From Octopus sinensis (Eukaryota), in assembly GCF_006345805.1 (NCBI RefSeq), contig NC_043009.1:8060001-8124000 (forward strand): 64,000 nucleotides of DNA, read 5' to 3'. The notes under the pieces were generated by a model that did no database searches, was not told the DNA's origin, and saw only the letters and a program-made list of their open reading frames with translations. Below are positions 1-14,196 of this stretch, piece after piece; positions within the stretch are counted from its first letter, which is position 1; each line of letters begins with the position of its first letter. The translations under genes and the position numbers were made by a program.

Positions 1-535
1 GAGTTTACCACTCTTATATTATTTTTTTTTTATCTTAGGCAGTAATTAGAATTCTTACTAATGTTAATAAATGAGACTCATAAAGAAGTTATTTCCCTAA
101 TAACAAAGATAAAAGCAAAAAAAAAAAAGGGAAAAAAAAACATTGTTAGTCATATGATATGTTAATTATATTTCTGTTTTGTGTCAGTTTGTTTTGCTAG
201 GTGAAAAGTAACAAGAGGTTCTGCTATTAATGGTGACCTAAGCTTGGCATCTAGATCTCATGATTCTGCTTAATTTACAGAAATGTTCATATCAGTGATA
301 ATGTAGATAGAATAGGAAAAAAGAGGCAGGAACTGTTGTTAATGATGACTGTATTTAATTATTATACTAGCTGCAGCTGGTTGACTTGTTTGAATGGTCG
401 GCTATTTGGTTGTAAAGGATCTTTATTTTATTTAGGGATACATTTTGTCCATGATGGTACTCTTGGCTTCAGATGGGGGCAACATAAGATACAGAATATC
501 ACTGCTGGGTTGTTGTTATTTAGTCACAGGTCTGC

Positions 536-633
536 CATCATCATCATCATTTAGCGTCCGCTTTCCATGCTAGCATGGGTTGGACGGTTCAACTGGAGTC
601 TGTGAAGCCAGAAAGCTGCATCAGGCCCAGTCT
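536..633 (-). mobile_element. RTE-type LINE 3' tail fragment with (GAT)n tail
   Basis: (CAT)n followed by tttagcgtccgctttccatgctagcatgggttggacggttc, the same sequence as the 3' end of the RT-bearing element at 18190-21456. Confidence 0.8.
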
Positions 634-1213
634 GGGCAAGTTATTGATCAAGGGCGTTGGCACTTATGAACATCTTCTCTTTTTAAGGGTTATCAAGGAC
701 TACATTATGTAATGTGTCCTCTATTTTCAAGAATGTGGGATATTATTTTTAGAGACTTTGGCTGCTTTTTCTAGCAAGTTGAGTGACCATATAGAGGCTC
801 TTACAAGTTGAAGTCAGGCATGGTGAGTTAAAATCTTCTATGGGTTATTTTGGGAGTAGTCGGTATCAGCTACAATTATCATCCGCACTGGGCTATAAGA
901 TTGATAAACAAGCCCCTGGTGAATAGTTGGTCTGTTTCAGGCAGATCTCAGCAGGTTGTGTAGAGGCTGGCTGTTCTCTCATTGAGTGTTTAACATCAAT
1001 CAGCTCATTACTGGCATTATCTTCCACATTGATGCTTGCCTGAGATTCTACCAAACATGATAGCTTGCTCAAGGCTGTTGAATGGCTAAAATATGCTAGA
1101 AAGCATTTCTTTGGTATTCTGGGAATACAAGAATGAACTGACTGGATTGGTTCAGCAGGTGAGTTTTCCATCTTTATCGCAGAGGTTCTATGTACTTGCC
1201 ATTCATTAAGACA

Positions 1214-1619
1214 GTTGCAGGTGTGGCTGTGTGGTAAGAAGCTTGCTTCCCAACCACATGGTTCTGGGTTCAGTCCCACTGAATTGCACCTTGGGCAAAT
1301 GTCTTCTATTATAGCCTTGGGCTGACCTAAGCCTTGTGAGTGGATTTGGTAGATAGAAACTGAAAGAAGCCTGTTGTATATATAAGTATATTTATGTGTG
1401 TGTGTCATTGCATCTGTGTTTGTCCCCCACAATCGCTTGACAACTGGTGTTGGTGTGTTCCTGTAACTTTGCAGTTCAGCAAAAGAGACTGATAGAATAA
1501 GTACCAGGCTTAACAAAAAAATAAGTACTGGGGTTGATTCATTTGTCTAAAACAAATTATTCAAGGCAGTGCTCCAGCATGGCTATCAGTCTAATGACTG
1601 AAACAAGTAAAAAATAAGA
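1214..1619 (+). mobile_element. tRNA-derived SINE, family A (CORE-like), full length
   Basis: A-box-like gtggctgtgtggt, B-box-like gggttcagtccc, accttgggcaa core, internal (TA/TG)n, A-rich tail; about 10 similar copies in the window. Confidence 0.85.
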
Positions 1620-2589
1620 TACATTTCATTTTCAATTAAAGCTTGTTGAATTGAGAAGCAAACCTTAGTTCTAATTTACAGTCCTTGTTAGCTCTGATCA
1701 CCTCCATGTTGTTAACCCCATGTTAGCTCTGATCAACTAAACCTATGAGCAAAAAGCATTTAACCCAGTGCATCCCATTTTAACTGAAAGTATAAAGTAT
1801 CCAATACTGCATTATTTACACATGCAAATATCACCTTTTATTTATTTATTTATTTTTTAAATTGTGACATGAAGGAAATTTTGCTACTATTCTTAACATA
1901 TCAATCAACCATGTTAAGCCATTTTCTCAATTTCTTTCCTGTGAAATACTTCAATTTCTAACTTTGGTTCAGTGCCACAGATTTGTAGGAAAGCGGTACC
2001 GATATTTTAACTCTTTTCTTCGCTATATTTCTAATGCTATTGCAGTTTCTATGTTTCAGCATATGTAGAAATTAATCAAGGATTCGGAAGGATTTCATTA
2101 AAAAAAACTAACAGATTTTTCATCGTTAAACTATTGTTTGGAACATAAATTAACAAAAAGTTCTTACATAAAATTATATAAGAATGTTTTCATCTAAATA
2201 TGGATTCTTTAAAATAGAACTTGTTTCATAGAATCAGAAGTGGTCTTCCTTGAGTTTGTATCAAATGGACAAATTAAAAGCAGCGTGTGAATGGATTTAA
2301 AAATGCTAGGATGTTGAGTGAAAGTACTAAATTCTGCTATTGGTCCAGTATTCCATTGTTTCTACCATTCCACTGTCTTATAACAATTTTTTTTTTCAAA
2401 TCATATCCTATTATCTTAAAAAAAACAAAACATGGTCACTTTGAATAATGTGGTTCTAGATAGACTATATCTGAGGTTGGAGTAGAAAATATGGAATATT
2501 CAGGGCTGGAATACTGCTAATAAGGACTGCTGAATCAGTGCTAACCTTGGATTAAATATCAAAAACAACCACATTAATAAAGATAATCC

Positions 2590-2802
2590 AGCAAGGGAGC
2601 ATCTATAAAGTCAATCAACTTATTTGAAATAGCAGTGAAGTCTCCTTCAGATCATACACTGATATCTTAAGAAAAAATAAAGACACTGGATAATGAAGGC
2701 TTAGTTACAATCTGTCTAAAAATAAGACAGGATGGTCATGGATGAAACATTTCCAATCATAGATTTGGTCCATCAGGGCTGGCTTGTGGCTGAACAACAG
2801 CA
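2590..2802 (+). mobile_element. Old dispersed SINE-like repeat (family E), representative copy
   Basis: gaaatagcag...atcatagatttggtccatcagggctgg...aacaac; decayed copies in both orientations near 650-810, 3545-3730, 5100-5420, 5850-6060, 9900-10260, 10690-10940, 14150-14520, 55410-55700. Confidence 0.6.
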
Positions 2803-4665
2803 GTGGTTTTCAGTTATATATATTAACTATCGCTATATCTTCAATGGTGAGTTTAGCAGAGAAAGTTGTAAGAGATCTGGAAATTGATATTTGCCAATTA
2901 ACAAGTTCAGTGCTTATGATTGTTTGATTAAAATCCCACCTAGATTAATTAATTTAATTAGTAACTGATTAATTAAGCAGTAGGAACAATTCTGACTTTT
3001 GTGACACATGCCACTGAGTTTAGATCCTGTCAAGGAACACAATATCTAACAGAGAAGGAAAGAAAGAAAACCAAGACAAAGCAATCTGTAATAGATTGGT
3101 TTCCTTTTCTCTATAAGGAATCAAATAATCTCTAACCCACTTGTTACTATGGAAACTAAGATAATCTTTAGCTCTTTGAACCTAGCTGACTTTCAGACTG
3201 AAATACAATTTTTTTTCTTTTATTTCTTCAATATTTATATTTTTAAGTCATTTGAAAACATACCTGCATGTAAAAGAAGAAAAATATGTAAAAAGTTGAA
3301 ATAATCTTCTCTTTTATTCATATAAACATGCATGGCTCCCTTTTCTTTCGCTTATAAAATTTTATTAGAATATTTCTTATCCCTAACATTCTTCACTCAT
3401 CTTATCTCCTCCTTTCATACTTTCCAAAGATACTCACTCACACACACACACACACAATAATCACCCTTCTTCAAAAGCTCATTTTAAAAAAAATTATTTT
3501 ATTAAAATAATCTCTTGATACCACCCTTTCAATAGATACAAGCAAACAAGAGGGCCTTTATATGATCATACAACTTGCTAGAAATAGTAACCAAATCTCC
3601 CTCAAATCACACCCTACAATCTTGAGAAGGGGGGAAGGATACACTGGATAGTATAGTTTTATATACTACACTGTCAAAAATAAACTTGGATAGTTATGGC
3701 TGGAATGGCTCTGAATCTAGGTCTGGATATAGAGATGTTTTAATCTACCTACCTAACAACCTACCCTGACCCTTTCTGAACTAATCCTGTTTGTTTTCAT
3801 TATTGTCTTCACTGACGGGAGTGAAATGCTTCTTTTTTCTATTCCCTTTTGGTGATACCAAAGACAAATATTGCTTCTCCTCCTTTTAATTAAAACCATC
3901 CAATGCTGTTTTCTTCCATTGATTAACAGCTCTAGTTTTAGTTTAAAATTAAATTCAGTAATTAACTAATTAACACTATATTCACTTTGTTTTTACTGAT
4001 TAGGTAGTTCTATTACACTTTGTGAAGTGAAATTTCCTGTGTAAAACAAAAACAAACAAAAAAATTCTTCTCAGAAAAACAACAAAAAAACAATTTGTTT
4101 TTCTTCTTTTCTTTGAACCTGTAAATTCTTTTTTTCTTTTTGGTTTATTCTATTTAATGCTTGTTATTTTTTTAACAAAGAAACATTTTCCTTCCTTGTT
4201 AATTAGTTATTCCTCCTTGTTTTTAAATATTTTTATTTTTTCATAAAGCAAATTTGTTGTATGGTTGTATAATTTTTTCTTAGCCATTTTACATCTTTTT
4301 CAATTTATAGTTTCTCTTTTTTTTTTTTTCATAGCCATGGTAATATACATGGAAAAGTTCTTCAAATTTAAAGTAATTGATTGCTTCTTTTCACAACAAA
4401 ATGTCATTTGGGGCATTGCTTTTAACACTTCCCCAGTAATAGCAATACTGTTGATGGCGTATGTCTATTGTATCGCCAGTAATCCATGTGAAGCTCTGAA
4501 CTTAACACTGCTAACAGCAGTGAACTGTGCCTTCTACTATGCTTATATGTTTACAGCTAAGTGGACTGAGCTGATAAATCTTAAGTGGACAGACCTCAAC
4601 AACAACTGGACATTAGCTATTAATTTATCAACACCCAGAGTATTAAATTAATACTGTTTTAAATC

Positions 4666-5025
4666 TGAAGATTTATGTATGAATTGTTGAATCAAAGAGA
4701 TTTTTGTTTTAAATTTTGAAATAAGTCTTGATCCTCTTGTCACCTTGTAATATGCAAGTCTAAATTATGTGGTATATCTTTTTTAAACACAGACAAGTGT
4801 GATTTGAAGGAATTTTGCTGTTAGTTCTAACAAGTTGAAAAACAATGAAGATTTATATATGAATTGTTGGGTCAAAGAGATTTTTGTTTTATAGTTTGAA
4901 ATAAGCAATTTTGTCTTGTCATTTTGTAATATGCAAGTCTAATTTATCTGGTGTATCTTTTTTTAAAGACATACAAGTGTGATTTGAGGGAATTTTATTG
5001 TTATTTCTAGCAGGTTGAAAAACAG
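4666..5025. repeat. Diverged tandem duplication, 2 x 180 bp
   Basis: tgaagattta..tatgaattgttg..tcaaagagatttttgtttt starts at 4666 and 4846; tgaag recurs at 5026. Confidence 0.9.
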
Positions 5026-6295
5026 TGAAGGTTGATTTAAATAGTTGTTACTAATAGTAGTGTTTACCTTAAAAAAACCATGATCATACAAATGTATGAT
5101 TAAAGGTATTACAACTAAAATTGTCCCATCTTTTTATTTTTTTCAGGCATAACGTATCTTGAATTTGTCCTTCCTTGTTTTTAAGACTGTATGTTGTGAT
5201 TTAGAAGAATTTAGCTGCTATTTCTAGCAAATCAAGAAACCCATAGTGGCTCACTTGAACAGTAATTGTTGTTCTTTAGCCCTAGATCAGCCCTGATCAA
5301 GCACCGTAATCATCCCATCTATTTTTTTATATGCACAATGTATCTAGGAATATATTATTTATTGTGTCCTCAAGGTGTTGAGCAATATTTAGATGTGATA
5401 TCTAACAGGGTAACTACATGGAAGCATCTTCTTTGTCTCTTAAATATTCCCCTTGTTTAATGTTCAGAAGCTTGGTATGAGTAGCACTAATCTTTGGTTG
5501 TAGTTTGACAAAATCAAACTCAGTTTTTCTTTTATTCTAGTCTATTGGGTTTTCTTGTCTATTTTCTTGTTTGGGAACAATACTGGTTGCAAATGGAATG
5601 TTATTGAATGTTTTTTTTAAGAGCATTTTTTTTTTCCTTTCATTATGTTTTAACTTATAAAAACAAACCATTCTTAGAAGAACAACACCAGCAATAAAAG
5701 GCGAAATACTGACAAAGAGTTTATTTAAAATGGAAAATGAAAGCTGTAATGGATGATAAAAGACGTGAAGTGTTTTGAAAAACAAGACATTTGTTGGAAA
5801 ACAACTGATATCATAGATAAAACTTGAAGAGATCACACAGAATAATAGACTTGTTGTTTAGCCACAGAACAGTTCTTATTGAATAGAACTATGATCAAAA
5901 GTATTCCAGCTGTGACCATCCCATCTATTTTTTTCCCTGGCATAATGTCTCTAGGATTGCATTGCTCAATGTGTTCTTCCTTCTATAAGATGGTAAACTA
6001 TGATTTAAGAGAGACTACTATTTTTAGCCGATCAAGCAACCACCTAGATGGTCCTTGTTGATTTAGACATCACTCAACGTTTCTACTGACAATGATAATA
6101 ATCTGGGTCACATGTGGTTTCCCTGATTGGTTGGTCCTAAGTGGCTGTTCCTTTATCAAGGGTCACTTTATCATATGTTCTCTTCATTTTCCCTCTCCTT
6201 TAACAAGTCTATATAAAACCCAGCTGTTTTAAGTTTTATGTTCTCCATTAGGCATTCTCGTTGCTATGAGTTGCCCTTGTAGAAATAAATGAAAA

Positions 6296-6329
<34 letters not shown>

Positions 6330-7026
6330 TATTGCTGTATCTGAATTCATTTCTAAATTATATGGCTAAATTGCTCAAAAATTCAAGATTAAAAGCCAGA
6401 TATTCAAATTTCTGTTCTTTGGTTATTCCTATGCAGATACGTTGTTATACCATTTATGTGTCATAAAAAAAAAAAAAAAGAATCTTCAAGTTTCAATAAC
6501 CACAACTCATACGAAATCCATTTCCATTTTATGACTTCTAGGTTGAATTTATCAATAGAATTATGGATTAAATTTAAATTCATGTGTGCAGCCGTTTTAA
6601 GCAGGTTAGTCTTATAGTCTGTGTGCATCATTTAAGCCAAAAACTTAGTTTATGATTTAAATATTATAGATGCAAAAGTACTTTATTTTATTTTTTTATT
6701 GGTGACACATATTTCTATGTATGACTATTTTTGTGAGTGCTTGCCTGTCTTGATGGAAGTTATCAACTTGTTTGTCTCTCTATTTGACAGAAATGTCTGT
6801 ATCAGACAGAACTATCAGTTGCTGATACTTCTGTCTCATACTTAGCATTTGTACTACAAAGATAAATTCACAAGTTATGATGAACAAAACTTGCTGGTTA
6901 ACTGGCTCTTGCAACACGCTTTAAATTATACCAAATTATTTATTCACTAAGCAAGCTTGTTTTCTTCCCTACATCAACCAGTGTAGAATCTTATGTATTT
7001 TTGTGATTATATTTTTCCTGGGACTA

Positions 7027-7112
7027 GTGCAGCCTTCTGGCTTCCCAGACCCCAGTTGAACCGTCCAACCCATGCTAGCATGGAAAGCGGACACTAAACG
7101 ATGATGATGATG
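7027..7112 (+). mobile_element. RTE 3' tail fragment
   Basis: ccgtccaacccatgctagcatggaaagcggac...(GAT)n. Confidence 0.8.
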
Positions 7113-7721
7113 ACAGTTTTGACATGCATGTTAAAATTAAGGGTATGTAACATTTTGGCACAGCCGTTTTGGTGCCAATTATTTGGTGTTGCTGAATCGA
7201 CACTGACTTATTTGACATCAGACATTTTCTCTTTCTATCTCTATTTATGTGTGTGGACACATTTCTCTTTATATGTATGAGGAGAGGGAAATTGCTTATG
7301 TCAATCATGTTTAATTAATAAATTGTAATGTCTCTCTCTCCCACTCTGTCCTTATTTAAGACAACAGAGTGTCATTCTTGGAATATTTGGCTACTGTTTC
7401 TGACTGGTTGAGAGACTACATAATTTCCATTGACCAGTCAGTACTTACCAATTTTTTTTTTGTGACCTTTAATATTGGGAAACTATGAAGTTCTGAAATC
7501 ATCTTTGATTTTTCACATTTACATATTGAAATTAAAAATTGATTACCTATTTTAATGTCAAATTGCTAGAATTGTCAGAGTATTAGTTAATGACTTGCAG
7601 CATTTGTTTTGTCTTTCTGGTGTCTGTTCAAATCCTTTTGTGGTCAACTTTGCCTTTCAGCAATTTTGGGGTAATTGATAGAGTAATTTTGATAGAGCCA
7701 TTTTGGGGTAATTTCAGTAAA

Positions 7722-8027
7722 GGCATGTGGCTCAGTAGTTAGGGGACTTGGCTCATGATCATAAGGTCATGAGTTCACTTCCCGGCTGTGCAGTGCATTG
7801 TGTCCTTGAGCAAGACACTTTATTTCATGTTGCACCAGTTCACTCTGCTGGCAAAAACAAGTATTACCTGTATTTCAGAGGGCCAACCTTGTCACATTTT
7901 GTGTCAAACTGAATCTCCTTGAGAACTGTTAAGTGTTCAGCCACTTGCATGTTAATTTCATGAGCAAGCTGTTCCATTGATCAGTTTAACTGGAACCCAT
8001 GTTATCATAACCAACAGAGTGCCAGTG
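7722..8027 (+). mobile_element. tRNA-derived SINE (second CORE-like family)
   Basis: gtggctcagtagttagg A-box, gagttcacttccc B-box-like, tgtccttgagcaagacactt core; related minus-strand copy ~45480-45683. Confidence 0.7.
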
Positions 8028-8651
8028 AACTATTTCAGTATTGTTACTAATTCTTGTCTCTGTTTCACACCTCCAGTTCAAAGATCTGGCCTTGTCATAT
8101 TTGTACCTTGTTGATTCGATCCGAACATTGCATTAACAGTACATATCTGCAAAATACTTGGCCACTTGCACATTACTTTATTACAACTGAAAGTTCATCA
8201 TTGAGAGTCTAGAATTTTTGCTATACATGCTTATTTTCACATGTTTGCCTGAAAACAATCTCTTTAACAGCTATACACTTCAATATTTTGAAAACAAACA
8301 TTCATTCAGTGTTGCTTAATTTTTAATGAAGCAAACAAGCAAAAAAGAAGAAACACTTATTTTTGGTCATTTAATCCTAAATATATCCCAGAAAAGACAG
8401 ACAGATGAGATAGTTAAACTAATAAAAAATCTTTTGAAATGGAAAAATAAATTTCAAAGTTCCTTTATTGTTTAGTAAAAAGTAGGTGAGAAAAAAAATA
8501 ACACCTTACAGATTGCACAAAGTTGTAACTGTTGTTTATTTCCAGCTCAGCTGTAAATAAACAGGCTTCTGATCAAATACATCTTAGCCATGACTTTCTC
8601 ATCTTCCTATTTAAGACATGGTGTTATTGCTACATGATCTCTCCCCCTCTG

Positions 8652-8702
<51 letters not shown>

Positions 8703-8704
8703 CT

Positions 8705-9790
8705 ACATGACAAGAAATACTACCCATTTTGCAAACCAAACAAATCTGTCTCATACATCAATGTCTCCTCCAATCATCCAAAATCTATTATTGATAACAT
8801 CGTTAGCGCTATCTTGATCAGAATCTCTAACTTTTCCACAAGCGAAGAGATTTTTGATCAACATGCACTGGTATACATACAACAATGCTCTAAAATTAAG
8901 CAGCTTCAAAACTAAAATCTCATACATACCTAACACAAGATTTAAGAACAAAATGGCTGGTCTCCCACCTGACCATGTCACAGAAAGTCAAGAGAAATGC
9001 AATGCATTATTTGATTGCAACCAATGTAAGCCATCAGTTAGATACGTATATAAAGATGTTAGGAATAGATACTGGAAGCAAAATAGTGGCAGTGAGGAGA
9101 TGAGTAAAACCAAGAGTTCACATTCTAGTATACGGGAAGTCATATGGTTTGTCCCCTCTTTTTCTCTTAGAGTAAGAAATTTGCCCAAGTTGTTTTTTAA
9201 GATTCTGAAGGAGAATTTCCCAAAGAATCATAAATACTACAGAATCTGCAATAAATCCTTCAGCAAATTTTTTATTTGGTAATGCCGAATTTGGCCTCCA
9301 TTATTGCATCTATTAACAGGAGCAAATTAAATGGGAAAGTGCACTGGAAGCGTTCCTATGTTGGAAACCCTGGTATTAGGTAGGTAAACTCTAATAAGCT
9401 TCAGGTTAGTGTTACAAATAATTTACTTCTACTGGCGTTATTGGCCTTCTGTAAGAGATATCTGAAGGGAAGAGTGCTGGAAGCCAGATAAGTAATGTTA
9501 GTATTAGTAATAGAGATATGGGTGGTTCTAGTAAATCCTGTAATTGTAGAAACCCTGGATTATGTCCCCTTGACAGATTTTGTCTGACTAGTAATGCTAT
9601 ATATAAATGTGTTGTTAAAGAGGAGGGTAATTTGGATAGGTTTTACATAGGCAGTACTGTCAATTTTAAGGCAAGGGATAGGGCCCACATAAATTTGTTT
9701 GCGAACAAAAAATATTGTAACTCCACTACTCTTGCCTCTTATATACATGGTTTAAAGAGGAATAAAAAAAGTTACTCTTTATTTTACCTG
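8705..9790 (+). mobile_element. Penelope-like element (PLE) relic: RT thumb, Cys-rich linker and GIY-YIG endonuclease, frameshifted
   Basis: ORF pieces YYPFCKPNKSVSYINVSSNHPKSII...IRISNFSTSEEIF, VIWFVPSFS, and CNCRNPGLCPLDRFC...NAIYKC...RFYIGST..FKAR...H...STTLASYI (9518-9823); the Cys-rich pre-endonuclease motif resembles Neptune-type PLEs. Confidence 0.85.
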
Positions 9791-10763
9791 TTTTTTTTCC
9801 AAAAATGTCAATGTGTTATTTGAAAGAGTTTTGGCTGCTAGTAGAGGCATTCTACAAAGCCTTTTCTTTCTCATTAAATCAAGTTTAGACGAAAGTACTG
9901 TTGCTTTCCAGTCTTAAGCCAACTCTGAAAAGCACCCCTATAGATAAATGTTATTTTAGCCATGTTCATCCCAGATTTTCTTTTTAATTTTTTCCTGATG
10001 CAGCGTATCTAACACTGCACTACTGTTTGTATCTTATCCTAAGATTGTAATGTGTGATATTAGTAATGCTATATGATGACTTGAGGAAGATTTAAATACC
10101 ATTTCTATAAAGCCAATGACCATGAAGGTGCTCCCTTCAGTTAATCTTTTTTTATTGTTGCTTAGCTCCAGGTAAATTCTGATTAAACAAGTCTATAATC
10201 AAAAGGATTCCAGATCTAACCACACCATTTTTTTAGAGCTATATCCAACATCATCCTTTAACATTTATTTTCCATGCTGGCATGATGGGTTGGGTGGTTT
10301 GACCAGAGCTGGCAAATAATTGAGCTGCACCAGGTTCCACTCTGATTTGGCTTGGTTTCTATAGTTGGATGCCCATCCTAATGCCAACCACCAAGCAGCG
10401 TATGCTGGGTGCCTTTACTGTGGCACTGGCATGAGCCATGACCAGTACAACATTATTCTATATGTCCTTTCCTCATCTAAAGATAATGGGGTGTGTTTTA
10501 GCAGATCAAACAGCCTCAGATGATGTAGAGATTTAAGGCGATAAGATCAAATGAAGTAGAACTGTGAAAGTTGTGAGAGACATAGTAGATAGATCAGAAT
10601 ATGTAACTTATAGTACTTAATTATACCCCTTTATAATTCTGAGTTCAAATTCTGTTATGGTCAGCTTTGTGTTTTATTCTTCTGGGGCTGTTGTTGATTT
10701 TGATGTTTAGCTCCAGGTCTACTCTGATCCAGCAGACCTATGATCAATGGAGATTAAATCCCA

Positions 10764-10811
<48 letters not shown>

Positions 10812-11481
10812 CATGTAATATACTTATGACTACATTATCTAATGTCTCTTTTTTTTTTCACAGCTGTAGAATGTAAATTAAGGAAGATTTGGTTGTTGTT
10901 TCTAGCGGATTGAGTAATCATATAGAGATAACCTTGGTACGTCCCATTGTAGTTAGTGAAATAAGTATTAGTTACAAACTCTATTAACTCTAGTTAATAA
11001 TAGAATTAATTGAAATGGCTTGTAGTTCACTATTAGTAATTTGTTGTTTATATAGCATTATGTTTAATTATTAATTACAATTATTGAAGACAGTTATACT
11101 GGGCAAAATATATTGACGTATTTAGTTATAGCTTTTTGCTTTTACCTTTCATCATTCTGATGACAATAACATATAAAATATTGAATTACTGCAATTAATT
11201 AGATAAACTACATCACCCCCTCAAATCTGTAGCACTGTACGTAATTTAGAAATCATTAGAGTTGTTGTTATTATTATGAGAGTAAGTAGATGGCAAAATT
11301 GGTGCAGCATTGACTGAATCGCCTTCAAGCACTGAGTCTTGTCTCTTTCCATTCTGACTTCAAATGCTGCCCAAGTTGAATTTGCTTTTTGTTCTTCAGT
11401 GATAAGTACCAGTCACATATCGATATTAATTTAATTAACTGCTTCTTCCTCCCAAATTTACTCCCATTGTGTAACAATATA

Positions 11482-12749
11482 TTGGGTCATCCCATAAATA
11501 ATGTGCATTTTTCAATTGCACGAACTAAAAGTTGGAGGGAGACGGGATAAACTACCTGCATCAACTTGCTATAAAAGCAGGTAGAAATTTTACTTTGTTC
11601 TTATTCTTAGTACAAGTTTTGAAAAGTGCAGTTCAATTTTAACAGTTATTTTTTAAAAGCTATAATGGAAATGACAAAGCAGGCATATTTTGCTTTATGA
11701 GTTCAGTAAAGGCAACAACGCAATGGAAAGTGCAAGGAATATTAATGCAGTATTTGGGGATCGGACAATAAGTGTAAGCCAGAGTCAACTGTGGTTCCAG
11801 AAATTTCAAGCTGGAAACTACATCCTAGAAAACAAGCCTTGTCCTGGAAAATCTGTAGAGCTCAACAAGGATGTCCTGCAAGCCCTGGTGGAACAAAATT
11901 CCATCATAACTGTTGGGGAACTAGCAGAGAATCTTGGATTTGATGATTCAGTCATTCATCAACATCTGTGTGCCACTGGAAAAGTCAGCAGATTGGGTCA
12001 GTGAGTTCCTCACAAATTTTCCAAGTCTAATAGTGCACAGAGAGTGAATGTGCTCTTCTTTGCTGTCACATCTCACAAATGAACCTTTTTGGGGCTGAAT
12101 AGTGACTGGTGATGAGAAATGGGTTCTCTATAAAAATGTCAAGTGCCAAAGACATTGGGTAGGGAAAGGAGAAACACCAGCACCCCAGGCTAAAGGAGGT
12201 CTTCACCCACTTAAGGTGGTGTTATCTGTTTGGTGGGATATGAACAGTTTAGTCCTATTTGAACTTTAAACCCAATCCAAGCGATAACAGGTGATCTACT
12301 GCGAGTAGCTGGAGCACCTCAAGTCAGGACTAGAAGATAAATGACGGTCTTTGTTTTCAAGACGAAAAGTGTTCTTCCATCAGGATAATGCTTGGCCACA
12401 TACAGTGAGGATGACATTCCGAAGGTTGGAGCAGTTTAAATGGGAAATGATGCCTCACCCACCATATTTGCCAGACATTGCCCCATTTGATTATCATTTA
12501 TTCCAAAGTCTTCAAAATCATTTGGATGAAAAAAATATGAATTTTGTAGACGATGTCAGAACAGTACTTGTGGAGTATTTTTTTGTCACGGACAAGTGAA
12601 TTTTGGGAGAGGGGCCTTGCAAGTTTACCAGATAAATGGAAGAGCATTGTAGAAAACGAAGCAGATTATATTTTAGATTAAAAAAGAACTTTATCTTAAT
12701 TTTGAAAAATAAAAATATAAAAAAATACACTATTTATGAGATGACCTAA
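11482..12749 (+). mobile_element. Full-length mariner (DD34D) transposon, inactivated
   Basis: TIRs ttgggtcatcccataaata / tatttatgagatgacctaa, TA on both sides (11480-81, 12750-51); transposase pieces with HTH region, *VPH (WVPH), IVTGDEKW, HQDNA-x-YLPDIAPFDY with 34 residues between the last two Asp; stops and frameshifts. Confidence 0.93.
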
Positions 12750-13854
12750 TACTTTACTTTATTCTTGATAAACTGACAATATATTGGCAAATACAATTTA
12801 GTAATGAATTATATTCCTTGCAGCATTCTATTTCATGTTCAAAGTTGACTGTTGCCTTTTGTCCTTTTATGGTCAATTAACAAAAGTACCAATCTATATA
12901 ATTATTATAGATGATATAAAGGTAGTGAGCTAGATAAAATGTTTGGCAGCCCTTCTACCAGATCTTTACATTCTGAGTTCAAATGTTGCTAAGGTTAACA
13001 CTGCCTTTCCTCCTTTAGGGGTCAATAAAGTAAGTACCATTTGAGCACTGGAGCTGATGTAATCGAATTCCCTCAAAATTGGTGACTTTGTGACAATATT
13101 AGAAAGGATTATTCGCGATAATATATTTTTGTGCTCTGTATAACTAAATGACTATTTCTCTTTAACTATAAGAGACTTAAAAGGCAACTACTGATTACCA
13201 TATCTTAAATATATTCTCATTTACAATATGATACCAAAATCAAGTTATCCCCCCCCAAGTCCACAGGCCTATGGTCAATGGCATTCAGCTGTGACTTTTC
13301 CACTCGTTTTTTTTCTGGCATAGTCTACCATGGACTGCATTATTTCATGTGCCTTTTAAGATGGTGGAGTGTTATTTGTGGGAGGTTTTGCCACTATTTC
13401 TTGCAGATCAGGCTACCATTTAGTATAAGTTTTGTCATTGGTTATGATGTTAAAGGTGAACCATTGTAAATTGGTTGATCACTGGATTCCATATCTTCCT
13501 GTATGTAGTTTGAACCAAGTTATTTTTTGTTTATCTAAGTTCAGTCTAGGAGTATTGGCCTTATATTCAAGCTCCCAAAATTTAACAACATAGACATCAG
13601 TAATACATTAAGATCAAGTCAATTGACAATACTCTATATTCTTATATCAAGGAATCAGTTTAGCTGAACATCCAATTCTGGTCCAAACAGTATGGAGGAA
13701 ATTTCTTGACACTAACTCATCCAAGACTTTCTCAGGTTCTTTCTTATAAAAACTCCCTTATTTTAAAGTGAACCCTATTTTAATTAAAAGCTTCCGTCGT
13801 AATTTTATGCCAGAATGTTTTTTGTTGTGGCCCAAACACTAACTTAATATATCC

Positions 13855-14112
13855 CTTCAATCAGGGTCCATAAGGCCCTTAGGGGTCCATAAGGCCCTTA
13901 GGGGTCCATATAAGATTTTGTTGTTAAAATTTATGTGCAATAAATTGGTATTCTACAACACAAAATATTTTAATTTTTTTTTTAGACAATTTCTAATAGT
14001 ATTTAACTAAAAATATAATAGGATTTTTTAAGCATTGAATGGCTGTGAGGACCCATCTGAATCAAATAAGAATCATAGGGATCCATAAGTAAAAAGTGGT
14101 TGGGAACCATTG
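13855..14112. mobile_element. hAT-like MITE, degenerate left end, internal 20-bp tandem repeat
   Basis: Similar to 49215-49869; right end tggttgggaaccattg; gggtccataaggcccttag repeated at 13864-13909. Confidence 0.55.
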
Positions 14113-14196
14113 TAGTAGATACTTACTGGCACTGGGTACTTACTTGACCAACTTGTAAATAGCAGCTAAATCTCCAGCAAACTATAGACTACTGTC

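Noticed and set aside
893-1516. 207-aa ORF
   Set aside because: About half is the antisense of a SINE; the same peptide (LLSVSIYQIHSQG...) recurs in every family-A copy
6105-6333. ATTGG (6126), TATATAAAA (6210) and AATAAA (6284), suggesting a promoter or solo LTR
   Set aside because: No TG..CA ends or TSD and no downstream gene; such motifs are common in AT-rich DNA, and AATAAA plus (ATT)n fits an old retroposon tail
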